This document shows, one piece after another, positions 9,787 to 17,297 of a stretch of DNA of 64,000 bases. Where the stretch lies: positions 1 to 64,000 of IMG/VR virus record IMGVR_UViG_3300042389_001739. One strand, given 5' to 3'. Both the position numbers and the translations under genes were made by a program. A model generated the notes under the pieces. That model did no database searches, was not told where the DNA came from, and worked only from the letters and a program-made list of their open reading frames with translations. The stretch's first letter is position 1. The number at the start of each line of letters is the position of its first letter. The stretch comes from a virus.

Positions 9787-10104
9787 TTATGATTCTTTCA
9801 CCTTAAATGTGAAATAAGCTACATTACCGCCCGTGTAGTCCAAATCATTGGACCAGGCAAACCACGTATCCTCGCTGATATCCAGCAAGCTGTCCAGTTT
9901 GTGCTTTTCTTTGAAAGCAAGTATTGCCTGCTTTTCAAACTCTTGTACCTCGTAGTCATCCCCGTAGGTAAGGTAATACCCATAAACTTCGGGCAACACA
10001 AAAGTTTCGGTACGCCACTTTTGTGCTGGTACCACGGCCGCAGGTGGCTTAGGGGCAAAAACCAACGCCGCTACTGTCTTGAACCAGCTACGTCGATGCA
10101 TCAT
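9787..10104 (-). CDS. Hypothetical protein with twin-arginine-like N-terminus
   Basis: MHRRSWFKTVAALVFAP resembles an RRxFLK Tat signal. Confidence 0.6.
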   Translation of the reverse strand: MMHRRSWFKTVAALVFAPKPPAAVVPAQKWRTETFVLPEVYGYYLTYGDDYEVQEFEKQAILAFKEKHKLDSLLDISEDTWFAWSNDLDYTGGNVAYFTFKVKES

Positions 10105-10323
10105 TTATCTCCCTTGAAAAAGTCGAGAATTAGTTTGCTTATAAACAACGTCATCCAGCGCGCGCTGCCAGCTTGACCAGCAATCCGGGTAACCTTTTTC
10201 TTCAAACACTTTCATCGCATGCCGACATTCCTGTTTGATTTTTGCTGAATCGCCGGTGTTAATTGCGCGAGTCAGCCTGGCTTTAAGTTGAGTAAGTTCT
10301 TGTTTTGGTAGCTTGTAACTCAC
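10105..10323 (-). CDS. Small phage hypothetical protein (GYPDxWxxWQRAxDD)
   Basis: 72-aa ORF, GGAG RBS. Confidence 0.65.
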   Translation of the reverse strand: MSYKLPKQELTQLKARLTRAINTGDSAKIKQECRHAMKVFEEKGYPDCWSSWQRALDDVVYKQTNSRLFQGR

Positions 10324-10381
10324 AGATTCTCCATCAAAGAATTAGAAAAATTCGGCCCAACCTATTGAGCCAAAAGGGGAA

Positions 10382-10625
10382 AAACCTGCACCACAGATAT
10401 CTCACTGTGATGCAGGTGACCCTGCCTTGCCCTGCCCTACCTTGCCCCGCCGCGCCTCGCCCCGCCAAGAGAAACCTGCACCACAGATATCTCACTGTGA
10501 TGCAGGTGACCCTGCCATGCCTGGCCCGGCCCCGCCACGCCTCGCCTTGCCCCGCCAGGAGAAACCTGCACCACAGGTATTTCACTGTGCTGCAGGTGAC
10601 CCTGCCATGCCTAGCCTTGCCATGC
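10382..10625 (-). ncRNA. Repeat array A: (GGY-NN)n tract + hairpin units, 90-nt period; putative guide-RNA array (VIPR-like)
   Basis: Constant AAACCTGCACCACAGATATCTCACTGTGATGCAGGTGACCCTGCC starts at 10382 and 10472; the copy at 10562 has three substitutions. Between them lie NN-RCC pentamer tracts (GGY-NN on minus): two full (10 GGY) and one partial (5 GGY). Confidence 0.85.
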
Positions 10626-10629
10626 TCTG

Positions 10630-11124
10630 TTAGTTTTTAGGTGGTTTAAAACATCCTACAGGTTTCAGTTTAGGCGGTGGTGCCAGATAGTCCGACTCTG
10701 TCGGATTCGAATGATGTTTAATTTCGCGTAACGATTTTTGCACCGCAACGAGCGACGCGCTGATTTTACGCGACTCAAGTTCATGTTGTCGCCGATCGAC
10801 TTCACCCAGCTGTGAAATGTCAACCTGATCCACGTGCCGTTTGCTGCGGCGGATCTTTTTTACACCCGTGCGAAATCTTTTAGCCTGGAATTCCACCGAT
10901 TCCGCGTCGGTCAAAACATAGACTGCACCTTTTACCGCACGTAAACTCCAACGCTTGCCTTGCGCCCAAAGTGCCTGCTCTAAAATTCCGGCTAACTGCA
11001 ACGCGACAAAATTCAAAGATTCAGGCGTAAAGTCTTCAACGCCAGCTATTTTGCTTACTTCGTCTGCAGGTATACAACTACCCTTTTCAAGGGTATCCAG
11101 AAATTTTAAATCGAAATTGGTCAT
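10630..11124 (-). CDS. Accessory protein of the RAMP/array locus (basic, helical; unknown function)
   Basis: ATGA-coupled (11121-11124) to the RAMP gene; stop codon abuts array A; basic stretch KRFRTGVKKIRRSKRH. Confidence 0.8.
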   Translation of the reverse strand: MTNFDLKFLDTLEKGSCIPADEVSKIAGVEDFTPESLNFVALQLAGILEQALWAQGKRWSLRAVKGAVYVLTDAESVEFQAKRFRTGVKKIRRSKRHVDQVDISQLGEVDRRQHELESRKISASLVAVQKSLREIKHHSNPTESDYLAPPPKLKPVGCFKPPKN

Positions 11125-11714
11125 GTAATCTCCTTAAAATCCGTAACCTCGAACAACCCAAATCGAGGGCGATAATCGCAAATGCCTACCGAACGGCCAG
11201 CAAGATGACAGATTCGTTCAAGATCGTCAACGTTGAAATCATAAAGATTAACTTCTATGTCTGCCGCCCACACATTAAAACGGGGACGATACCGCATAAT
11301 GCGCTTTGTCTGCACTCCAGCGCAGCGTAGATCCACGTATTTGTTGCCTGCATTCCAAAAGTCATCAATAGTTGCCTTCAAACCCACAGGGTGATCGTGA
11401 ATCAACAATGAGTCCTTTGTCACGATAACTCCAGCCAAGGCCTGCTTTTTCATCCGTAACTTAGTTGCCCCTGCGATTATCATTCCTTGTATGCAATCGG
11501 CAGTCAGTATTGGACGACGCTCCTTGTCATAGTAGAAGCCGTTGTACCAATCCAGTCTGGCAATCTCTATATAGTCTTCATCAGTCTTGTTTTTCTTTGA
11601 AGTGACTGCTTTTAACTGCTTACTTTCTTGGCTTAATGGATTAGCGGCACGTGAGGCGTGCATCAGTAGTGCACGCACCCCTTTAATAGAAAAACGAACG
11701 GAAGTTTCGGCCAT
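11121..11714 (-). CDS. Cas7/RAMP-fold RNA-binding protein (Vipr-like), 197 aa
   Basis: Start MAETSV at 11714 with AAGGA RBS. RAMP hallmarks: first strand VRFSIKGVRALLMH, ILTADCIQGMI (IPGSSLKG-equivalent), thumb IMRYRPRF, C-terminal Gly-rich loop AGRSVGICDYRPRFGLFEV. Confidence 0.8.
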   Translation of the reverse strand: MAETSVRFSIKGVRALLMHASRAANPLSQESKQLKAVTSKKNKTDEDYIEIARLDWYNGFYYDKERRPILTADCIQGMIIAGATKLRMKKQALAGVIVTKDSLLIHDHPVGLKATIDDFWNAGNKYVDLRCAGVQTKRIMRYRPRFNVWAADIEVNLYDFNVDDLERICHLAGRSVGICDYRPRFGLFEVTDFKEIT

Positions 11715-11843
11715 TAGCTGATTCCTTATTTTTGTTGCTTCCGCAGAAGCCGTTAAAATGTTTGTTTGTCCTGGCAGTAAAACTACTACCAGCACCTTAC
11801 ATTATCCGCCGCAACTGCATAGAAACCGCTGTTCTATTCAGTT

Positions 11844-12023
11844 AAACCTGCACCACAGATATCTCACTGTGATGCAGGTGACCCTGCCTTGCCCGGCCTT
11901 GCCATGCCGCGCCGTGCCTAGCCCCGCCAAGAGAAACCTGCACCACAGATATCTCACTGTGATGCAGGTGACCCTGCCCCGCCTGGCCCGACCTAGCCAT
12001 GCCTTACCATGCCCCGCCAAGCC
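11844..12023 (-). ncRNA. Repeat array B: two (GGY-NN)n tract + hairpin units, 90-nt period; putative guide-RNA array
   Basis: Same constant segment at 11844 and 11934; tracts at 11881-11928 (10 GGY) and 11971-12023 (11 GGY). Confidence 0.85.
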
Positions 12024-12034
12024 ATGTAATAAAC

Positions 12035-12063
12035 ATATTAACTCTTTAGTGGGACAAATACAA
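12035..12063 (-). promoter_or_regulatory. Sigma70-like promoter for array B and the RAMP operon
   Basis: Minus strand TTGTAT (12063-12058), 17-nt spacer, TAATAT (12040-12035); -10 ends 11 nt upstream of the first GGC. Confidence 0.6.
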
Positions 12064-12080
12064 ACACTTTTAAGTGCATT

Positions 12081-12440
12081 TTAAAGTTGACGGTTAGCCC
12101 CAAAATATTCCGTCGCGCGCGTCATTTCCGCGTCATAATCCTCATCTGGATCGTAATTAAATTTGACAGCCACAGGGTTTAACTGTTCAACGTCACGGCA
12201 ATGTCGGTAATGGCTGAGTTCCAAACTTGCGGAATGCAAATCCGATTCGTCTTCGTCACTTAATGTCTTTTCCGTGTTGAAATACAAAAACTGTAGCCAA
12301 TAGCTGGGAGTAAACTCGCAGACAGCAGTGCGTTTGTCGGCGTCATAAAGAAAAACTTGGGTAAGTTTGCCCGTTTTACGTCGCAGTGCTGGTGTCAGGT
12401 GCTGTGAATTGATGGGTATCTTTACCAGGTGTAGCTGCAT
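12081..12440 (-). CDS. Hypothetical protein
   Basis: Start MQLHL at 12440 with AAGGAG RBS. Confidence 0.7.
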   Translation of the reverse strand: MQLHLVKIPINSQHLTPALRRKTGKLTQVFLYDADKRTAVCEFTPSYWLQFLYFNTEKTLSDEDESDLHSASLELSHYRHCRDVEQLNPVAVKFNYDPDEDYDAEMTRATEYFGANRQL

Positions 12441-13170
12441 CGGAATTCTGCTCCTTTCGGCGTTTGACTCGGAATATTCTGTCCAGAATAGCTTTAGCTT
12501 TAAGCGCAGCAAGCGGTAGCTCGGGGATCCGATCATACGCCAGATATTGTTTTCTGATGACCTTAAATCCGGCGTATTTACGCATGTCGCCCCCAAACTT
12601 GTCCACCAGCTGCGCCCAAATTAGGGCTTTCTCGTTTGCGGTGCAATTATGTAGTTGAATCTTCCAGTAGCGCAAACAATAGAGAACAAAAGGTGATTCT
12701 TCCGGAATGGGCAAATACACAAGATTCTCGGCAATCTTCTGTATGCGGGTAGGCGTCAGAAGTCGATTGACAGCTTTGGGCCGTTTCGATAGTTTTCTTA
12801 AACTAAACGTTCCATCGTTGTGTACTGTTATTCCCGCAAGGCGGAACTGGCGGCGGCGAAAACCGCCTGAATCTACGTGCGAAAGTAATCGACCATACTT
12901 TTGCAGTAACTGCCTGACTTGATCGATATCAAATGTCACAATACCGGGAACAGTGTAAAATTCTACAGAAACATCGTTAACAATACACATGTAACCGTAA
13001 CCAGGCGCAATGTCAGGGTACGAGGCCTTTAAAATTTGTACCAGACATTCAACGTTGTCTACCAAAATTGCGCCGGGCTTGAGCAATTCTTCCCGTGCTT
13101 TTGTATGGACATATTTTACAAAATTAGAGTACTGTACAGGAACAAAACCTTGAAAATCCATCAGTGACAC
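12376..13170 (-). CDS. Hypothetical protein (basic)
   Basis: 264-aa ORF. Confidence 0.65.
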   Translation of the reverse strand: MSLMDFQGFVPVQYSNFVKYVHTKAREELLKPGAILVDNVECLVQILKASYPDIAPGYGYMCIVNDVSVEFYTVPGIVTFDIDQVRQLLQKYGRLLSHVDSGGFRRRQFRLAGITVHNDGTFSLRKLSKRPKAVNRLLTPTRIQKIAENLVYLPIPEESPFVLYCLRYWKIQLHNCTANEKALIWAQLVDKFGGDMRKYAGFKVIRKQYLAYDRIPELPLAALKAKAILDRIFRVKRRKEQNSDAATPGKDTHQFTAPDTSTAT

Positions 13171-13178
13171 TCCTGAAA

Positions 13179-13201
13179 GCTGGAGGGCAGTGCCCTCCAG
13201 C
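13179..13201 (-). terminator. Hairpin, possible terminator
   Basis: GCTGGAGGGCA-G-TGCCCTCCAGC with only a short T run on minus. Confidence 0.45.
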
Positions 13202-13218
13202 AGTAGTGATAAAGAAAT

Positions 13219-13866
13219 TTACTCAGGTAACGCCAGTACCTTTTGCACCAGACTCGACTTGATTGAGTCGAGGATTGCCACGCCTTGATCACCCATAGAC
13301 TGAAGCTTGGCTTCCGCCAACTGGGCGGTGGTGATTCGCTGTAGTGCCGGAATATCCGTGCGCTTGCGGCGCAGCGTCAATATTTCGTCTGTTAAATTTG
13401 AGATGGTTGATTCCACTCCTTGACATTTAATGTGCATTGCAGAGATATCAAGCTCAGCGAAACCTGCGAATACCTGTGTTAATATGTTAAACCCGTAAAT
13501 CGATTGCGTAGTTGGTTGAGTCACGCGCAAGCACACGCGATGTTTGTCGCGATCAACGATGTAATCCAGTTTCAGCGGCAGCCCCAAGGTGCGGCCGGTT
13601 TCGCAAAAAGATTCAGCGGCCGACCGCAGGTGTACGGGAAAATTACGCTCGGCCGTTTGACGCATTTCCAGCAGAATCTTCTCTTTCTTTTGTGTTGCTT
13701 CATTCATCTGGGTGGTTTTCCCCTGCTCCAGCTTTTTCAGATTTTCTTCAATGTGGGTTACACCAATTGCGACGATGTCGCTGATATTCAGCTCGGCCTG
13801 CAGGTTAATCGCAGGCATTGCAGCTTCAACGACACCAGTAACCTTGTTGTTCTTGCGCTTAGCCAT
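13219..13866 (-). CDS. Coiled-coil hypothetical protein
   Basis: 215-aa ORF, GAGG RBS. Confidence 0.7.
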   Translation of the reverse strand: MAKRKNNKVTGVVEAAMPAINLQAELNISDIVAIGVTHIEENLKKLEQGKTTQMNEATQKKEKILLEMRQTAERNFPVHLRSAAESFCETGRTLGLPLKLDYIVDRDKHRVCLRVTQPTTQSIYGFNILTQVFAGFAELDISAMHIKCQGVESTISNLTDEILTLRRKRTDIPALQRITTAQLAEAKLQSMGDQGVAILDSIKSSLVQKVLALPE

Positions 13867-13912
13867 CTTTTGTTCCTCACTCGAAAGGGATGAATTACCG
13901 ACCTGAATCGTC

Positions 13913-14179
13913 TCAAACCAGCGAGACGATTAACACGACTCCGACAAGGGCCGCAGCACCAAAAAGAATAAGCTGGATCAACCGAATATAACCACGCTCC
14001 AGCTCTTTTAAGCTTTGCTCACGTAACTCCTGCATTTCACGCTCGTGTCGGGCTTGTTCCGCCTGCATTTGCGCTAACGCCTTCGCTCGCTCTCGCTCAG
14101 TATCATAAACCAGTACATTGCGGGTGACCCGCACATCAGCGATGAAACCTTGCACTGGGTCTGTATTGTTTGCTGACAT
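13913..14179 (-). CDS. Small protein with C-terminal membrane anchor
   Basis: Coiled coil followed by hydrophobic LIQLILFGAAALVGVVLIVSLV. Confidence 0.65.
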   Translation of the reverse strand: MSANNTDPVQGFIADVRVTRNVLVYDTERERAKALAQMQAEQARHEREMQELREQSLKELERGYIRLIQLILFGAAALVGVVLIVSLV

Positions 14180-14497
14180 TTAGATCCTTTCCTGGGGTAG
14201 AGTGATCTGACCACGGTCGATTTTTCGCCAACACCGGTTTAAGATTCTTTGCTCTTCATCTGCCGTTGGCATGTAGGCACGCCACAAATTACACCGGTTT
14301 TGCTGCCTGGCTGCAATCAGGGCATAACCACTGACTGGTACCTCGGAAGCGTAGAATCTTGTTTTATTTTCCTGTTCAAACTCCTCCAGCCACGGTCCAG
14401 TCACCGGATTGCCGTAGCAAGTCACGTCGCTGAACCGGTAAATGCCTACGTTACCCGGTACCAGACACGCAAGCAGGTGCGGTACAGTCAGGATCAT
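14180..14497 (-). CDS. Hypothetical protein
   Basis: Operon packing. Confidence 0.6.
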   Translation of the reverse strand: MILTVPHLLACLVPGNVGIYRFSDVTCYGNPVTGPWLEEFEQENKTRFYASEVPVSGYALIAARQQNRCNLWRAYMPTADEEQRILNRCWRKIDRGQITLPQERI

Positions 14498-15048
14498 TTA
14501 GCTTCATCCTCCAGTTCAATTTGGGTTGCCACCTCAAGTAGTTGTGTCGCCAGCTGGAATAGCTCGGCTACTGACAAATCCAAGACACCGTCCGTAGACA
14601 TGACTTTTAAACTCCAGATTTCATTCACACCGCCGTCACCGGCGAGCTCAAGTAAACGATTACCGTCCTCCGCAGAATAAAAGCTGTAAGTCTTGCGTAC
14701 GGCATAAGCAACCAACTCTTCGTTTTGTGCGGGTTTAACGCTACTGGGTTTAATATCGTCTTTAAATTTATTAATAATCTCAGCATGTATGGCTGAGTTC
14801 AAATCAGCTGAAAGCGATTTTGTAGGCGGATGGAGTGGAGATACTTTCTCGCTATTTTCTGCAAATGGCGCATCAGTCTCAACTTCCAGTAATAATTGTA
14901 GTCCTGCTTTTAATTCCGCAATCTTAACGGAAAGCGGAGTACCTGCGATATCGGTTAAAAAGTAGGTGCAAACGGCTCGTATGACGTCCAGGTCCGCAAT
15001 GCACTTTTTAAGTTGTTGAATTTTTTCTGCATTTAACGATTCGGCCAC
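14494..15048 (-). CDS. Hypothetical protein
   Basis: AAGGAG RBS. Confidence 0.7.
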   Translation of the reverse strand: MAESLNAEKIQQLKKCIADLDVIRAVCTYFLTDIAGTPLSVKIAELKAGLQLLLEVETDAPFAENSEKVSPLHPPTKSLSADLNSAIHAEIINKFKDDIKPSSVKPAQNEELVAYAVRKTYSFYSAEDGNRLLELAGDGGVNEIWSLKVMSTDGVLDLSVAELFQLATQLLEVATQIELEDEAK

Positions 15049-15064
15049 AAGTTGCTCCTTGAAT

Positions 15065-15100
15065 AAAAAAGCCGGTTTAAATTCTGGAATTTAAACCGGC
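15065..15100 (-). terminator. Rho-independent terminator built on the dispersed palindrome
   Basis: GCCGGTTTAAATTC-TG-GAATTTAAACCGGC (14-bp arms) followed by T6 on minus. Confidence 0.7.
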
Positions 15101-15125
15101 CACACAAAGTTTCGTCACAACCCGC

Positions 15126-15455
15126 TCAAATCGAGATCGAGTTGTCCGGCCCAGCCATTGCGCCGGTACCGGTAGTTGTGCCCGGTACGTTCGGACACAA
15201 CTGCACACGTCTGCCGTTTGTCAGCTGGATGCCGTAGTTATTATCCACGGCAAACACCTCAACCGGACGATTGCTCGTCAATTGTTGGGTTGCCCAGCCA
15301 ATAAAGTGTTCTGCCGCTTTTAACTGATCTGCTGTAGCCACTGTGGCAAATTCTGCTGCCAGGTACTGAAGCAAATCCGGTAAGCTGCCTTGCGGTTCAA
15401 ACAACGTTCTCTCCTTTACTGAAGAACGGTGAATTTTTGAAATCGGGTTAGTCAT
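15126..15455 (-). CDS. Hypothetical protein downstream of tubulin
   Basis: Overlaps the tubulin stop codon. Confidence 0.65.
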   Translation of the reverse strand: MTNPISKIHRSSVKERTLFEPQGSLPDLLQYLAAEFATVATADQLKAAEHFIGWATQQLTSNRPVEVFAVDNNYGIQLTNGRRVQLCPNVPGTTTGTGAMAGPDNSISI

Positions 15456-16710
15456 TCACACCCAGAAACTGAGCCAATCCGCCGCCCAGTTGTTCGGAGG
15501 TGATGTTAGCGGCCTTGGCCAGCCGAGTCAACGTAGCTACCGGTGGTTTGAGATCACTGACCATGGCATAGACCTGCAAACCTTCCGAAGCGCCGATGTA
15601 CACGCCACGGTGGACCACCGACGTACCGCCCTTGAGCGTACGATTCATCTGGGTAAAGCCTGCATCGAAGAAATCCAGGCTCAAGTTATCAAGATGGTTC
15701 TGATCACCGACGAACAAACAGGCCCCCTTGGTGCCCTGCGTCAGATCCACCTCCGCCAGCACGTTGTTGGTCAGCTGGTCCCGAATCGCGGCGCTGATGT
15801 CCGCCGGACTGGTTACCGTCGAGATACTGGCGGCACCCATGACACAGATGCCGTTATCCAGCAGCTGCGCCAGCTCACTGCGGTCAAAGGTAATCAGCGG
15901 ACTATGTACGGCCGCCAATTGGTTGAACAGGTGAAACAGCAAGCTGATCGTGTTGTTGGCCACCGGATACAGCTGGGTCATACCAGGCTTGTACAGTGCG
16001 TTAATTCGCGCATTGTCAATCAGGATCAGCGGACTGACCTTGAGCTCCAGCAGTTTCTGGAAGGCCGTGACCGCATTGCGACAAACCTGCTGTCCTTCGT
16101 TTGGACTGGGAATCGAGGCGATCACACCTACCCGTGGTGGTTTACCTTTGGATTCCATGTATTGCCGGGCAATCTGCACCAGCTTAGCCGCCGTACCGGA
16201 ACCGGTGCCGCCGCCCAGCCCAACACAGATCAGACCGTAATCCATATTGTTACCCCAGGACCGCTGCAGCAAATCCCAGATTTCTTCTTCGTGTCCGCTC
16301 AGGCTCTGCTCGGCAAACCGGGCGTCCTTGGCAGCACCACCCAGCTGCAAGGTGTGCCGCTGAATTTCTTCCGGCAAACCTTGAAAATCACTTTCGGCGG
16401 TGTTGAATAAACCGACGCGGCGATACCCCAGCCGGTGAAAGCTGGCAGCCAGTCGTGCGCCTCCCTGGCCTGAACCCAAAAACGCCATATTAAATGCAAC
16501 GTCATAAGGGAACTGATCGTCCACGACAACCTGCGTCATGGCTTGCCGGTGTGACCCTGGATGCAGCGTCGCCGCCACATTACCGATCGGAACCACGCCT
16601 GGCGGTGGTGCGGCCACTGGAATTACATTCACTGCTTCTGGTTTCGGCTTTCGTTTACCGGACGCTTGATCCAGGGATTGAGCCAGGCGGGCATTCAGAT
16701 CGTCACTCAT
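15448..16710 (-). CDS. Tubulin/FtsZ-family GTPase (PhuZ/TubZ-like)
   Basis: GSGQGGARLA (T1), LGGAAKD (T3), signature GLGGGTGSG, LIDN, T7-like FDRSEL; start at 16710 by ATGA coupling. Confidence 0.9.
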   Translation of the reverse strand: MSDDLNARLAQSLDQASGKRKPKPEAVNVIPVAAPPPGVVPIGNVAATLHPGSHRQAMTQVVVDDQFPYDVAFNMAFLGSGQGGARLAASFHRLGYRRVGLFNTAESDFQGLPEEIQRHTLQLGGAAKDARFAEQSLSGHEEEIWDLLQRSWGNNMDYGLICVGLGGGTGSGTAAKLVQIARQYMESKGKPPRVGVIASIPSPNEGQQVCRNAVTAFQKLLELKVSPLILIDNARINALYKPGMTQLYPVANNTISLLFHLFNQLAAVHSPLITFDRSELAQLLDNGICVMGAASISTVTSPADISAAIRDQLTNNVLAEVDLTQGTKGACLFVGDQNHLDNLSLDFFDAGFTQMNRTLKGGTSVVHRGVYIGASEGLQVYAMVSDLKPPVATLTRLAKAANITSEQLGGGLAQFLGVND

Positions 16711-17297
16711 CGACTGTTCTCGCATAAAGACTTCAGGGCTTCAAACCGCAGATTCCTGACGTCCGTATTTGTCATTGGGAAAATCTGCGGAAACTGTTTA
16801 CGCTGTTCATTGTACCGTGCGATATAATGCTGCCGTATAGCTTTTAGCTGGTCCACCGTATAACTTCCTTTAGACCAGTGGGACAAAACCGTCAAGTCTT
16901 CCGCTTCCGTGGCTTGTATATCGACCACGATTGCGGCAACCGGGCGCCAAATCTCCAGAAACGGTGGCAAGGTCGGTGCGGAGATGACTACCTTGAGTGG
17001 AATCACGTCTGTAAACCGCCGAATAAACTCACTCGGCCCTGGGTACGGTATCTCGTAATAGACCGGCAACTGATCGGAGAGCGGATGCACGTTGGCTTGT
17101 ACGCAGATCGCTTCGTGAATCCGCTGTGCTTCAAAGTTTTGGTAATTTGTTTCATAAACGTGTCGCCCGTTGGCCACATCAATATCCTGACCAGGCCAAA
17201 GGACAGACCAACCCTGCTGCAAAAGATACTTTGAAACATAATGCGTGTAGGCTCCAGGCGTCCCGGCAATCAGCACATTGTCGGTATGATGCTTCAT
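16707..17297 (-). CDS. Hypothetical protein, possibly a degenerate sulfotransferase/P-loop fold
   Basis: N-terminal VLIAGTPGAYT; located in the glycosylation cluster. Confidence 0.5.
   Translation of the reverse strand: MKHHTDNVLIAGTPGAYTHYVSKYLLQQGWSVLWPGQDIDVANGRHVYETNYQNFEAQRIHEAICVQANVHPLSDQLPVYYEIPYPGPSEFIRRFTDVIPLKVVISAPTLPPFLEIWRPVAAIVVDIQATEAEDLTVLSHWSKGSYTVDQLKAIRQHYIARYNEQRKQFPQIFPMTNTDVRNLRFEALKSLCENSR

Noticed and set aside
10305-10640. ORFs across array A (10305..10640 +, 10334..10585 -, 10427..10633 +)
   Set aside because: They arise because the 90-nt period is a multiple of 3 and the tracts are GC-rich; the peptides are low-complexity PCPAL/GQGRA repeats without an RBS
10382-12023. 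Canonical CRISPR array interpretation
   Set aside because: The variable segments are not unique foreign spacers but GGY-NN pentamer tracts, and no cas1/cas2/cas6 or effector nuclease is present in the window
11758-12084. ORFs across array B (11758..12084 +, 11838..12020 -)
   Set aside because: Same repeat-derived artefact; conservation follows the hairpin and pentamer structure, not codons
15490-16410. Long plus-strand ORFs antisense to core genes (also 37012..38052 and 32032..32586)
   Set aside because: Shadow ORFs opposite well-supported tubulin, polymerase and recA genes, with no motifs
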